64,000 nt of DNA, from the NCBI RefSeq assembly GCF_001194135.2, contig NC_068982.1, positions 110,643,468 to 110,707,467 of the forward strand, read 5' to 3'. The notes below the pieces were generated by a model. That model searched no databases. It had not been told where the DNA came from and was given only the letters and a program-made list of their open reading frames with translations. A program made the position numbers and the translations under genes. Within the stretch, counting starts at the first letter, position 1. Every line of letters starts with the position of its first letter. Positions 25,880 to 39,704 of this stretch are shown piece after piece. The DNA is from Octopus bimaculoides. Its lineage: Eukaryota.

Positions 25880-27104
25880 NNNNNNNNNNNNNNNNNNNNN
25901 NNNNNNNNNNNNNNNNNNNNNNNNNNNNNNNNNNNNNNNNNNNNNNNNNNNNNNNNNNNNNNNNNNNNNNNNNNNNNNNNNNNNNNNNNNNNNNNNNNNN
26001 NNNNNNNNNNNNNNNNNNNNNNNNNNNNNNNNNNNNNNNNNNNNNNNNNNNATATATATATATCCATATATGATGTACAAGAATTTTATGAATAAAAGAA
26101 ATACGAAAGAGAGACGTGGAGTGAAGTACAGATGTTGATATAGTCCTGGTTTAGGTTTAAATTTTTACTTAGAGTTTCATGCTGTGAATTACATTTACAG
26201 ATGGAAAGCTAAGCCAAGTATTTGCATGGGATTTATTAGGTCACGTGATACAAGGGACACATTCATTCAATGCTTGGGTTGTTTTTCCCTATATTAGTAT
26301 TTCGGATAACGCATACGACTAAGTAAAATACCAGTCATTTGGTGCGAAATGTCCTAAGGTAAACAAAAAAGTCTTAGGACAAGGAAATTACTGTTGGATT
26401 ATCGTTGACAGAATCAATATGATGAAACGGATCAAGGGAGATATCCGACGTTTAATCTTGTGATGATATCAATTTCCAAATATTAAGAAAAGATGCATGA
26501 TGATGTAACAGGGTTACTGAGTGAGGAGAGTGCTAGAGCTTGTTTTAAAATTACCTGTTCAAATCGGTGATGGTTCACTTCAATAGCTTCACACTACTGC
26601 TGGATCACACTGATAAACAATCAAATAGTAACGTTTTTTTTTTACTCAGTAACCTTGTTCATTACTTGATAATACATCTATTCTTAAACTCTAACTCTAC
26701 TTCTATTATTCTTTTATCTCATTCATCACATTAACTTAGGCTAAGGACGACCCCTAATAATAGGTTTCGGTCCTAATACATTCTATTGTTTACCTATGAA
26801 CTTTACTTGCTAATTAGCCGGTATTTTATTCAAATAATTAGACACGGAAACTTTAATGCTCATATAGGGTAAACTATGCACTTATACTTGTGATTCTCTA
26901 AGTAAACTGCGTTCATTATATCAATTCGCAGCTATACCGGATATACTCAATGTGAGCCCAACTTGATCCGAACAAAGTATTATACAATCCGTTGATTAGT
27001 GTGAAACTCTGAGTAACGGTGTTTTAACCTATACAACGACTATATCAATACCAATATTAATGTGTCCAGTAGTCTTCCAACAGTTTGTACTTCAAAATCT
27101 GCAC

Positions 27105-27145
<41 letters not shown>

Positions 27146-27177
27146 TATCTATCTAGCTATCTATCTCTTTATGTATG

Positions 27178-27211
<34 letters not shown>

Positions 27212-28511
27212 TGTATGTATGTATGTATATATATANNNNNNNNNNNNNNNNNNNNNNNNNNNNNNNNNNNNNNNNNNNNNNNNNNNNNNNNNNNNNNNNN
27301 NNNNNNNNNNNNNNNNNNNNNNNNNNNNNNNNNNNNNNNNNNNNNNNNNNNNNNNNNNNNNNNNNNNNNNNNNNNNNNNNNNNNNNNNNNNNNNNNNNNN
27401 NNNNNNNNNNNNNNNNNNNNNNNNNNNNNNNNNNNNNNNNNNNNNNNNNNNNNNNNNNNNNNNNNNNNNNNNNNNNNNNNNNNNNNNNNNNNNNNNNNNN
27501 NNNNNNNNNNNNNNNNNNNNNNNNNNNNNNNNNNNNNNNNNNNNNNNNNNNNNNNNNNNNNNNNNNNNNNNNNNNNNNNNNNNNNNNNNNNNNNNNNNNN
27601 NNNNNNNNNNNNNNNNNNNNNNNNNNNNNNNNNNNNNNNNNNNNNNNNNNNNNNNNNNNNNNNNNNNNNNNNNNNNNNNNNNNNNNNNNNNNNNNNNNNN
27701 NNNNNNNNNNNNNNNNNNNNNNNNNNNNNNNNNNNNNNNNNNNNNNNNNNNNNNNNNNNNNNNNNNNNNNNNNNNNNNNNNNNNNNNNNNNNNNNNNNNN
27801 NNNNNNNNNNNNNNNNNNNNNNNNNNNNNNNNNNNNNNNNNNNNNNNNNNNNNNNNNNNNNNNNNNNNNNNNNNNNNNNNNNNNNNNNNNNNNNNNNNNN
27901 NNNNNNNNNNATATATATATATATATATACATATATACATACATATTATGTGCATGTTATTTACGCCTGTATGTATGTGTATATATGTATGCATATATCT
28001 ATATTTATATAATTATATGTATATATCTATATATACTTGTATGTACGTACATATGTATACATACCCCTGACATATATAAATATATATATATATATATACC
28101 ACGGAGACATACACGCACACATATATATGCATGTGTCGTGTATGCATTTATATACATAAATATATATACATATACGAGCGTATATGTATACATATATATG
28201 ATATATGTATTGGTATGCGTATAAGTATGAGTAACCGTGCTATAATATATGACCGGCTATTTCAATATAAATATCTTTATATTCCTTGTCTTTCTATAAA
28301 ACTTCCTTATAATAATGAGATCTCTATATTTCCTCTGATTTTTCTCCAGGATATCTTTCCAACATCATTGAAAAATCTCCAAGTAGTTGAGCAAAATCTG
28401 ATTGCAATAATTTGTAATAACAAAGCAAATCGTTAAACTATCAAGGTAAAAAGTGTGTGTATACACGCACACACACACATAGACACATATACACAGGCAC
28501 ACACACACACA

Positions 28512-28634
<123 letters not shown>

Positions 28635-28763
28635 GATGTTTACAATTACTTGTCTACAATAGAAAAGTAAATAGTGTCACCCAGTGGTCTCAAAGCCTGG
28701 TCTTAAGTACTGTAGTCCTGATGATCACGTCTTGTTATATAAATACTTATAAGAGGCGCCAGA

Positions 28764-28819
28764 GTTCGTTTGGCGTAATTGGTAACGCGGTCGCCCAGGT
28801 TCGAGTCCTGCGAGCGACG
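28764..28819 (+). pseudogene. tRNA-like sequence lacking the anticodon arm (tRNA pseudogene or SINE head)
   Basis: A-box TGGCGTAATTGG, D-stem GCGT/ACGC, T-arm CAGG-TTCGAGT-CCTG (B-box), imperfect acceptor stem GT(T)CGTT/GAGCGAC plus G. Only about 6-7 nt separate the D-arm from the T-arm. Confidence 0.55.
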
Positions 28820-31185
28820 TTGTTCTCTGTCTCTGTTTCTGTTTTAGGTTAATGGTTGTAAATGCCTTAAATATTTTGTATTCATTAACCGCACGTTAAC
28901 GTGAAACCACACACGCACACACACACACACACATACATGCACACACACATATATAGATTCATACACACACACATATGTGTGTATGTCTGTGTGTGTGTGT
29001 GTGTGTATGCTCTCTTAAAAGCAACCTTCTCCAAAACATTATTTAATCTGTATTCCGGCGTACCTCGCCTACTCATTGTAATAGAGTACAAGGGAAGGCA
29101 CGCTTGTGGGTTCTGCGTGGCCCTCTCAAAACTGACAATTATCTTACGATTATAATAAACGGAGTAAATAGGTTTTGATCTCTTCATGGCTTTAACAAAG
29201 AAATTGGTGGGGCATCCGAAGTGCAAATAGCTTCAAAAATGGATCGTCATCGTACACATATACATATGCATTTATACATGCATATACACTTATGTATACA
29301 TGTACACATATGTAAACAATAAATTATTGTACCAGCTGCAGCAGGATAACGAAAATCGATATCAATAAGTGTCGCATAATTTATTTGTTTGTAACGGGGC
29401 TGAAAAATACCGAGAGACCTTTAACATATTCCAGTAAATGTACGTTGGTGCTTCGAGAAATGTTGACTGAAATCCCACTTTGTGATAACTTGTTAAATTT
29501 TCCTTAATTTCCTATATACCTTAATGTTGATGTTTTGCATTTCACATGTACAAATTCATTTAAAGATACACGTTTTATCAGTGTTAACGTTTACTATATA
29601 TCTCAATATTTGTATCAGATGCACAGCTTGTTTATAAGGATTCATATATTTTTTCTTTCAGTGTCATGTAATTTGTCGAATATATGTATGTATGTATGTA
29701 CACGTAGGTATGTATGTGTGTGTCTATATATATAGGTATTTATGTGAATACGAGCACCCCCCCCCTGCATACATACATACATACATACATACATACATAC
29801 ATACACGTACTCCTCACATGTATATAATATATATAATATATTTGTATATATATATATATATATATATATNNNNNNNNNNNNNNNNNNNNNNNNNNNNNNN
29901 NNNNNNNNNNNNNNNNNNNNNNNNNNNNNNNNNNNNNNNNNNNNNNNNNNNNNNNNNNNNNNNNNNNNNNNNNNNNNNNNNNNNNNNNNNNNNNNNNNNN
30001 NNNNNNNNNNNNNNNNNNNNNNNNNNNNNNNNNNNNNNNNNNNNNNNNNNNNNNNNNNNNNNNNNNNNNNNNNNNNNNNNNNNNNNNNNNNNNNNNNNNN
30101 NNNNNNNNNNNNNNNNNNNNNNNNNNNNNNNNNNNNNNNNNNNNNNNNNNNNNNNNNNNNNNNNNNNNNNNNNNNNNNNNNNNNNNNNNNNNNNNNNNNN
30201 NNNNNNNNNNNNNNNNNNNNNNNNNNNNNNNNNNNNNNNNNNNNNNNNNNNNNNNNNNNNNNNNNNNNNNNNNNNNNNNNNNNNNNNNNNNNNNNNNNNN
30301 NNNNNNNNNNNNNNNNNNNNNNNNNNNNNNNNNNNNNNNNNNNNNNNNNNNNNNNNNNNNNNNNNNNNNNNNNNNNNNNNNNNNNNNNNNNNNNNNNNNN
30401 NNNNNNNNNNNNNNNNNNNNNNNNNNNNNNNNNNNNNNNNNNNNNNNNNNNNNNNNNNNNNNNNNNNNNNNNNNNNNNNNNNNNNNNNNNNNNNNNNNNN
30501 NNNNNNNNNNNNNNNNNNNNNNNNNNNNNNNNNNNNNNNNNNNNNNNNNNNNNNNNNNNNNNNNNNNNNNNNNNNNNNNNNNNNNNNNNNNNNNNNNNNN
30601 NNNNNNNNNNNNNNNNNNNNNNNNNNNNNNNNNNNNNNNNNNNNNNNNNNNNNNNNNNNNNNNNNNNNNNNNNNNNNNNNNNNNNNNNNNNNNNNNNNNN
30701 NNNNNNNNNNNNNNNNNNNNNNNNNNNNNNNNNNNNNNNNNNNNNNNNNNNNNNNNNNNNNNNNNNTATATATATATATATATATACATGCACTTATATA
30801 TATATACATATACACATACATATAGATAGATACACAAATACATACATATATCTACACATGATGCAATGTATATGTTTATATACGTGTGGTTTTGTGAAGC
30901 GTGTTTATATATGTGTGTGGATGTATATATGTATGCATATGTAAGTAATTAGACAGATATCTGTGTCACACTTATCATACAATATATTGCCAAAAACAGA
31001 CAATATGAATCAAAACCTGGAAGAGACACACATATATATGTCGGGATGACATTAAAAAATGTACCACTGCTTGCTTCAACGGCATTTTTATGAAAACCGT
31101 TGAGCAGAAGCTTTACTTTTTTGATTTTTCTATATGACTGTTTTGAAACGTCATTAAGAATCTTAAATATACTCGAACTTACAAG

Positions 31186-31386
31186 TTTATTTCGTTATAA
31201 ATGAGCATGCTTTTATTCTTCTTTCTATGCACTCTACATAGCGTCAAAATTTAATGTGCATTTTCACGTTCTTTGTCGGTGAGTTCACGGTTTAGCATTA
31301 TATCAACTTTCAATAAAAGTTTGTTTTTACAATATATATTTTCTGTTTGTTAAAGAGTTTTAGTTCTCTGTTTCCATTTGTTTATT
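31186..31386 (-). promoter_or_regulatory. Candidate Lhx3 polyadenylation signals (AATAAA at 31386-31381, 31217-31212, 31191-31186)
   Basis: Three AATAAA hexamers 180-380 nt after the stop codon. The region is AT-rich, so chance occurrence is likely for some of them. Confidence 0.3.
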
Positions 31387-31563
31387 ATAATTCAATTTAT
31401 TATATCAGATTTCATGTATCTGCTATATAATGTTAGCCTTAATTTTGATGCACATATTCGCATACTTGATTCACATATTGATCCCTTTCTATATATTTTC
31501 TGTTTGCTTCGTGGTTCAATTATTTTTCATAAGTTATTTGGTATGTTTATAATGTTTATGATT

Positions 31564-31955
31564 TTAATAAACTTCCACATGATTCTGTGTGGAAGCTGGT
31601 GGATATTCGATATAACCTTGTTGGGAATTTTCGTTTACATCTGCTTGAATCATACGTGATGCGTTTGGAGGCCCGGTTAGCATAGGTAACGCCTCCAAGG
31701 AAAGCATCTGTTGTGATGAGATAGGGATGTTGTTCGGAGATTGTCGGCCAAGGTAGGGCGTGGCTGGTCGTAAACCATTGAAATGTCCCCAGCCACCGTC
31801 CATCGGAGGGGTTCCCGGCGGGACGATTGGAACAGGCCCCATAATGGGCTCGTGGTCTACGGTCTGTCCCGGGTTGTAAAGATCTCCAGACAGTCGACCG
31901 CCACTGCCGCCAGCGCCAGAAATGCTACCTGGATGCTCGAGATCATCTATGTCAT
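31564..31955 (-). CDS. Lhx3: Lhx3/4 last coding exon, Pro/Gly/Ser-rich C-terminus to TAA stop (392 bp)
   Basis: Strong acceptor (poly-T tract, tctttag|AT at 31955). Phase 1 matches the previous donor (A+AT = Asn). Open for 129 more codons (DIDDLEHPGS...GYIEYPPASTQNHVEVY*). GC-rich island in AT-rich surroundings. The three exons give about 305 aa in frame. Confidence 0.88.
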
Positions 31956-33070
31956 CTAAAGAAAAAAAAAAAAAGAAAAGTTTATAAATTCTATCTTTCA
32001 TGAAGATGTTTTCTCCGCTGTTAATTTAGGTTTAAAAAATAAATAAATCGTATTTAGAGTATCAGGTTTGAATGACAAACTTGAAAATTCTCATTAAACA
32101 ATATGATGAGTTACAAAAATATGAAATCATATGGATAGGAAAAAGAAAACATTGCAAGAATTTGCTTGAAATATTATTTAGTTTAAATATCTACTATTAT
32201 CTACTTGATAGATTACAATTTAAACTACTAAAACTACTACTAAATGTTCCAATTTAGTGTTTGTATTTTATACCATGTCTTAGTAGATAACATTGTCTGT
32301 AACTTGACCACTACATTTAACATATCATTACATGCGTACAATTGGACAAAAAAAATTGGAAAATGTTTTTATATTAAATGGTGCAACGAAATTCAGTAAA
32401 TGGAAACGTGATATAAATATTTGTTTATAATAATTTCAAATCACATCTTTTTGGTAATATTTCAGTGATTTACAGTCTATTGTAATGTGTTTGTTTATTC
32501 ACGATCACTCTCTATGACTACTCACTATCAAAGTCACCGTTTTAACTTACCATTATATTTTAGAGTTTACTTCCTCTTTGTCATAATTGGAAATGTTTCC
32601 AATTTAAATTAAAGGAAGACTATTTTTTTGAAAAATCGTCATGAAATATGACATCACTATATAAAGTCTTTGTGCTTTCCAATAACTAAACGATGTAAAT
32701 GTTAACAGAATAAATAAATGTAAGCGTGGTTCTGTTTCTGTCTTATATCTGTGTATATAATGTCAAATATCCCAATATCTATAGTCTTATTTCGCTTGTT
32801 TCTAAATAATGTATTTCAAAGAAATATCTTCAAAATACTACTTATAAAGATAAACATAACTTTATATGCACCTAATTTACACAACATTGTGTTTGCCAGA
32901 AACTATCTATAGGTATATTCTGCAGAGGTGTCAGCAATTATTAATCGAACAAGCTGCCAAGAATGTGTCATTAATATAAAACTGTGTACTGTATTTAATA
33001 AAGTTCTTTATAATAGGGGACAGTTAGAAAGGCGAACTTAGTTGATGAATGATATATATATTTTTATGCT

Positions 33071-33119
<49 letters not shown>

Positions 33120-33240
33120 ACATGCATACATACATACACACACACACACACTGTTTTGGCAGACTAAATTATTTTCTCATGATCGAAGGTATCTTGAATC
33201 GTTGTTAGTGAAGTATATTCATCAGTGAGTTGGAAATAAT

Positions 33241-33296
<56 letters not shown>

Positions 33297-33638
33297 AAAC
33301 ACACACAAACACACAAGCGCGCGTGCGCGAAGTCAAAATTTTTCAAAGGCCAATACAATACAATTTGAAACATAGGAATAGAGAACAGCAGTTTACACTT
33401 TACTTTATCTTGCTAAGTTTTGCAGAAAATGGAAAATGATGTCGACTTAACGACATCATCCTACATTTTCTCCTGACGAAGAGGTATTCACATCGACATA
33501 TAGAACTATAAAATATAAACTTATAAAGTATTGACTTTTGAACAATCTTAACTTTAATATCACACAATCCCTCACTCAAACTACAACAAACTAATGCTCA
33601 CATACATATATATAAACATACATACATACATACATACA

Positions 33639-33670
<32 letters not shown>

Positions 33671-33703
33671 AATGTGCATATATATATATATATATACCTA
33701 TAA

Positions 33704-33734
<31 letters not shown>

Positions 33735-34441
33735 CATACGAATATATATATAAATATAAATGCATATATATATATATATATTTCGTTTTTGGATTTGGTT
33801 TGCAAGATTCTTTATGTGAGTTCGTGTGTTGAAGCATATTNNNNNNNNNNNNNNNNNNNNNNNNNNNNNNNNNNNNNNNNNNNNNNNNNNNNNNNNNNNN
33901 NNNNNNNNNNNNNNNNNNNNNNNNNNNNNNNNNNNNNNNNNNNNNNNNNNNNNNNNNNNNNNNNNNNNNNNNNNNNNNNNNNNNNNNNNNNNNNNNNNNN
34001 NNNNNNNNNNNNNNNNNNNNNNNNNNNNNNNNNNNNNNNNNNNNNNNNNNNNNNNNNNNNNNNNNNNNNNNNNNNNNNNNNNNNNNNNNNNNNNNNNNNN
34101 NNNNNNNNNNNNNNNNNNNNNNNNNNNNNNNNNNNNNNNNNNNNNNNNNNNNNNNNNNNNNNNNNNNNNNNNNNNNNNNNNNNNNNNNNNNNNNNNNNNN
34201 NNNNNNNNNNNNNNNNNNNNNNNNNNNNNNNNNNNNNNNNNNNNNNNNNNNNNNNNNNNNNNNNNNNNNNNNNNNNNNNNNNNNNNNNNNNNNNNNNNNN
34301 NNNNNNNNNNNNNNNNNNNNNNNNNNNNNNNNNNNNNNNNNNNNNNNNNNNNNNNNNNNNNNNNNNNNNNNNNNNNNNNNNNNNNNNNNNNNNNNNNNNN
34401 NNNNNNNNNNNNNNNNNNNNNNNNNNNNNNNNNNNNNNNNN

Positions 34442-34485
<44 letters not shown>

Positions 34486-36164
34486 AATGTTTATATTCAT
34501 ATTTACACATTTAAATATGCATAAAAATCACTATATATGCAGAACACATGCACAAACACACACACATATACACACACATACATACACATACTCTCCTCCT
34601 TTCTCTCTCACACACATGTATATGTATATATGTTTATATGTATATATACTAACACAGAACTATCAAAATATGTGACATTTATTTCCATCTCTTTTCTGTA
34701 ATCCTCAATATTTTTTACTTCAATCGCTGCACATTTGTTTTATTTCATTTTGTCTTGTTTTAATTATTTCACTTCATTTTATATTGTGTCTTGATTTTAA
34801 TACTTCTGTTAGTTTTTTTTATTGTTTTGCAGCAGACCCTTTTCCCAGTTTATATCGAACATCGACCGCTTTTTCAGTTCTTCATCTCTTCCTCCTTTTC
34901 CAAGTTTAGTTGTTTTTCTGTGTCTGGAACTTTCTCTGTCAGTTCGACTTTTAAATTAGCTGCTGTGTATTTAAATGGTCCTGCTTTCACTTCTTTACGT
35001 TTATAGTATCGATCTTCATTCTTCTGTATTATTCTCATTGGCAAACCCGCATATTTCATTATTTTGCTCTTCGTCTCTTTATGTTGAGTTCCCTATATTT
35101 TTTCTCTTAACCAAAATCTGCCTCCACCTTTCCACTTCATTTCCCAATGTCTCCCTCCACACATGTGAGTATCATATACAAGTATCGTTGTGGTTCTTCT
35201 TTTCTCTCACACTACATACTTGTTATTTTATCTTGTTACCTCTCTAATTCCTTTTTTATTATAGTCTTCAATCATTCGTATTTCCTTCTTTCTTAATCGT
35301 ATTTAACTTTGAGCGCCAGAATCATACAGAAATCACTCACTCACTCACTCACTCACTCACTCACTCACTCACTCACTCACACATTTAATCTGTCTGTTTG
35401 TCTATCTGTATATCTATTTGTCCATCTGCCTGTCAATTTGCTTATGGTTGTCTCTAATATTGTGTGTTTATCTACAAAGGTGTTCAAGCAGTGAACATTT
35501 ACTTGTCTTCGTGTTTTAAGCCTATCTAGAACTACATTTAATCAATATTCCATTCCCTTCTTTTAAGGCGTTAGGAAGTGATTTGAAAGAGATATGACTG
35601 CTATTACTATCAAATCGATCTACCACATGGCTTGTTTCTAAAACTGTGTTTATGTATGTTGTATAAAAATGACGATGTACGTCTTCACTATAGCAAGTCT
35701 GATGATTGCCATAACTGTATGTAAAAGTATGAAAAAGTTCCCATATACACAAACAGCTTTCAATGAAATGCTACAAGGAAGTATTGAGCGTGTGGATCTA
35801 GAACTTTCTGTTTCGTTATTGGTATTCGTAGATACGTTAATTCTTTACTATGGCATATGGGTTATGCAAGTGTCATGTTGTAATGTAGTCACAGGCTGAC
35901 TAATGTCATGTTGGTGGAATTTAGCTGATGTAATCTACGAGGAAGCTCGTTGTGCGTGTGTGCGTGTGTGTGTGTTTGTAAGTGTTTTTCCAAATAACAT
36001 TGCTCTTCATGTTGGATACCCCGATGAAGCTGTAGGATGATACACAAGCATTCAATTATTAGTGCATTGCATCTTATAGGAGAAACAACTGTAAGCTAAT
36101 GATATTCATGTCATAATTTCTAATTCCTTTGTCATTCTAATTTTATATATGTATGTATCTATAT

Positions 36165-36241
<77 letters not shown>

Positions 36242-37219
36242 ATGTATGAATATGTCGATATGCATGTATGTAATGTGTGTATGTATGCGTGTATGTATGT
36301 GCGTGCGTGAGTTTATGTAAATGCATTTGAGTTGTACTTCCCTCTATGTTAAAGAGTAACTTAGTTATTTGATAAATAAAAATCCATAAAATATGTTTCA
36401 GACTGAAATAATTACTGGGTCGATATCATCGACTAAGATACTTCAAGGTTGTGCCCCAACATGGCCGCAGCCCAATGAGTGAAACCAGGAAAAGGACAAA
36501 CCGATCCATAATACGTTTCCTGAAGGATTTCATAACAAACTACGTTAAGTGAATGTAGGTTTGCATCAATGAAACTAAGTCATCCGGTCATATTTATAAC
36601 TCCCGACGTATCATCTATACAAACTATCCGAAGGTAACCAGTGCTGTGGCTTAGTCAGCTTCTCCTAAGTAGTTCTGTCCAATTAATACTCAATATTCTT
36701 TGTAGATAATACGTAGTTAAGGATGAGTCAATTTCTAAAAAAAGTATACATGAATGAAAAGTTATACAACATGCACGTACCGCATCGGGACAGAGTTAGA
36801 GGTACACATAACTTCAATGACAATGGAATATTTAAAATGGAATATTTAAAATTAAAACGCAACGAAAGAACATCCTTGAATATTTATGTATTTATACATA
36901 TTCGAATTAGTTTCTTTTGTTTATTGATTATCAAACAGTACAAAATGACTTCAAGCCAATGCATTCGAATAAACAGTTTTACATAATACACAAATGTATA
37001 CATGTGTATTATGACGATATACAAATTATCACAAACAATTATACCCGAAGTGTCTTTTTTTTAAATAAATATTCCATTGGTAATAATTGTGAACTAAATT
37101 TATTTTAGCCTAATATTTGAGAGATATGGGATGTCATCACATTTCACATTCGCTACATGATTGACAATGAAATAAATTATTTTCCATTTCAGATGGAGAA
37201 TTCACATAAAAATACTTAC
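31956..37219 (-). other. Lhx3: Lhx3/4 intron between homeodomain exon and last coding exon (5,264 bp including a gap)
   Basis: GTAAGT donor at 37219, TAG acceptor ending at 31956; phases are compatible. Confidence 0.85.
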
Positions 37220-37543
37220 TGGCATAAGAACCCTCAGTCAGACCGTCATCTGACCGGTCATCAGCACTTAAAGAGCTATCCGGGTCACCATTACGTTTCA
37301 TTTGTCTAAAGTAAGGACTCCAGCGCTGCCTACCAGCATCTTTCTTTAACCGCTTCTCCTTCGCCCGTCGGTTCTGGAACCAAACCTGTACCACCCTCAT
37401 GTCCAGACCTGTTTCAACGCTTAGCTGTTCCCGAACATGACGTGCGGGTTTCGGACTTTCGTTGTAGGCCCTCTTCAGGGCTTCCAGCTGTTTGGCCGTG
37501 ATGGTCGTTCGAGGTCGTTTGTTTCCTCCGTCCAGGTCGTATT
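37220..37543 (-). CDS. Lhx3: Lhx3/4 exon encoding the whole homeodomain plus flanks (324 bp, phase 1 in, phase 1 out)
   Basis: Acceptor ctttttttatag|AA at 37543. With the upstream G it reads [108 protein letters not shown]. Donor A|GTAAGT at 37219. The [11 protein letters not shown] and KKDAGRQRW motifs are diagnostic for the Lhx3/4 class. Confidence 0.97.
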
Positions 37544-37878
37544 CTATAAAAAAAGAGAAACATAGCTAAATCACAAGAAACAAAAGAACCCAAAAGCAAA
37601 ACAAAATAAAAGACAAAAATAAAAACAGACAACATTTATATGCAAGAACTGAAAACCATTAAAATAGCACTATTAATGTTAACTACAACAACATTCGCTG
37701 TTGTAATTAATAACAGTCATTAATACTATATCTTTAAATATGGTATATAAGAAGGTAGATAGAAGACAATAGTTCATGAAGTCAGTGAACATTTCAGAAT
37801 GAAGAGATCACTGATATAGTTCACTCGATGTGTTCAGTTCTGCACCACCAGCAACTGTTAGAATAACACACACACACG

Positions 37879-37953
<75 letters not shown>

Positions 37954-38600
37954 ATATTTAATATATATATATATTTATATGTATGTATATTACAAAAATG
38001 ACCCGAGTGAAATAACTCCGAGTGACCAGTGGCATGTACAGTTTATGAACAGCACATACAAATAAAGGTATACCAAATACCATACAACATAGATTTTCGA
38101 TTTATTAAGATTACCTCACCCTGTGTAGGGTGTGTCACAATGACCAATATGGTAACGAGAAAGGGACATAATTTCAAGAATGAAGAATTCTCCGAAGTCG
38201 ACAAGCCATTAAAGAAAAAGAAATAGGCTTATTGTCGGGAGATAAGTGAACAGTCGTAGACATGTGTTTCTTCTTCAATAAGAGCCACTAGCAAATTGTC
38301 CTATACTATCTCCAAAATCCAAGGGACACATACACATATGCAAGAAGAGTAGAATTTTCATAAATTAAACGAAAATGTGTTAGGAGAAATATATCATATA
38401 CCCTCGACTTACAAAATATATTCATAAAGTTTATCTCTCCACGGCTGATAATATAGTACCTTGTAATATAATGTAACATAATATAATATATTATATTACA
38501 TTATATATATATTTGTGTATGTGTATATATGTATGTACGCATGTATACATACATACATATCTATATATATATACATATAAATACACACAAACATGTATAG

Positions 38601-38980
38601 CTTTTACTCTTTTATTCTTTTACTTGTTTCAGTAATTTGACTGTGGCCATGCTGGAGCACCGCCTTTAGTCGAACAAAGGGACCCACGGATTATTCTTTG
38701 TAAGTCTAATACTTATTCTATCGGTCTCTCTACCGAACCTCTATGTTACGGGGACATAAACACACCAGCATCGGTTGTCAAGCGATGGTAGGAGGACAAA
38801 CACAGACACAAAAACACATAAACACATATATATATATATATATACGACGGGCTTCTTTCACAAGGCTTTGGTCGGCCCGAGGCTATAGTAGAAGACACTT
38901 GCCTGAGGTGCCACGCAGTGTGACTGAACCCGGAACCATGTAGTTGGGAAGCAAGCTTCTTACTACACAGCCATGCCCGC
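38601..38980 (-). mobile_element. tRNA-derived SINE family 2 (CORE-like domain, internal TA/TG microsatellite)
   Basis: Reverse complement: ggcatggctgtgtagtaagaagcttgct..ggttcagtcac..ggcacctcaggcaagtgtcttctactatagcctcgg.. and a tail ending gaaacaagtaaaag. Confidence 0.85.
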
Positions 38981-38981
38981 A

Positions 38982-39330
38982 TCTATATAATAAAAACAAA
39001 CGTGTGTTTGCGCGCACGCGCGACTGTGTCTCTCTGTCTGTCCATCTATAGCATGAAAGGCTACGGCATCGATATAAAAACCAAAAGCTAATTCTTGTGT
39101 AAAATTTTACGCCGAAGACAATGGAAGTGGTCGGGACTTTCTACCTGCCTCTCCATTTTTCAACATCTTGGACACACCGCAGATCCGAAATAAATCACCT
39201 GTCTAAGGGGATTATTTAAATGTGCATTATTATATTTCTTTCATTGGTTTTTCCGAAATAAATGACCTGTCTAAGGAAGACAACTAAATGTGCATTATAT
39301 TTATTTCATTGGTTTTTATATTTATATATA
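38982..39330 (+). mobile_element. Helitron-type 5' end (A|TCTATATAATAAAA followed by TG-rich tract) with an internal tandem duplication of about 66 bp
   Basis: The TC start after A and the TCTATATAATAAAA..gtgtgt..tctgtc pattern resemble invertebrate non-autonomous Helitron 5' ends. Tandem copies at about 39185-39250 and 39252-39317. Confidence 0.4.
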
Positions 39331-39334
39331 TATA

Positions 39335-39704
39335 CTAGCAGAAACACCCGTCATTAACTGGGTTGAAAAAAGCTGCCAAAATTGTACTATGAATATTGAA
39401 AGTTATTCACTTAGATTGTATTGAACATGGCCGGAAATGGAACTTTTGGTGGGGCATCATAGGAAGGTGAAATAGATGTTGTTTGAGTTAGTCAGCTGGC
39501 AGCACAGGAATCTGAAAGACATATAGGTGTTAAGGAATGGTCATCATAGTTATACTGATTTTATTATGGTTTTAGATGAAATTGTGAAGTTACATATGGA
39601 TGAAATTGTAGTTATACTGTAGATTCAAGTGGAACCTTGTTTGTGAAACAGAAGAGATTCCTGAAAACAACTACACAAGAGTGAAAGTAAATTGAAAAGT
39701 TGCA
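39335..39704 (-). mobile_element. Left arm of inverted repeat; Helitron-like 3' terminus (hairpin plus CTAG|T) on minus strand
   Basis: The reverse complement ends acccagttaatgacgggtgtttctgCTAG|T. About 94% identical (about 19 mismatches and 2 indels in about 370 nt) to 41041-41409 inverted. Confidence 0.65.

Noticed and set aside
33473-33510. CTGACGAAGAGG.. possible decayed hammerhead (similar partial hits near 55150 and 36510)
   Set aside because: In each case a core half is imperfect or the stems do not pair; cannot be supported.
37414-37635. ORF 37414..37635 as a separate protein
   Set aside because: It is an off-frame reading of the Lhx3 homeodomain exon plus intron.
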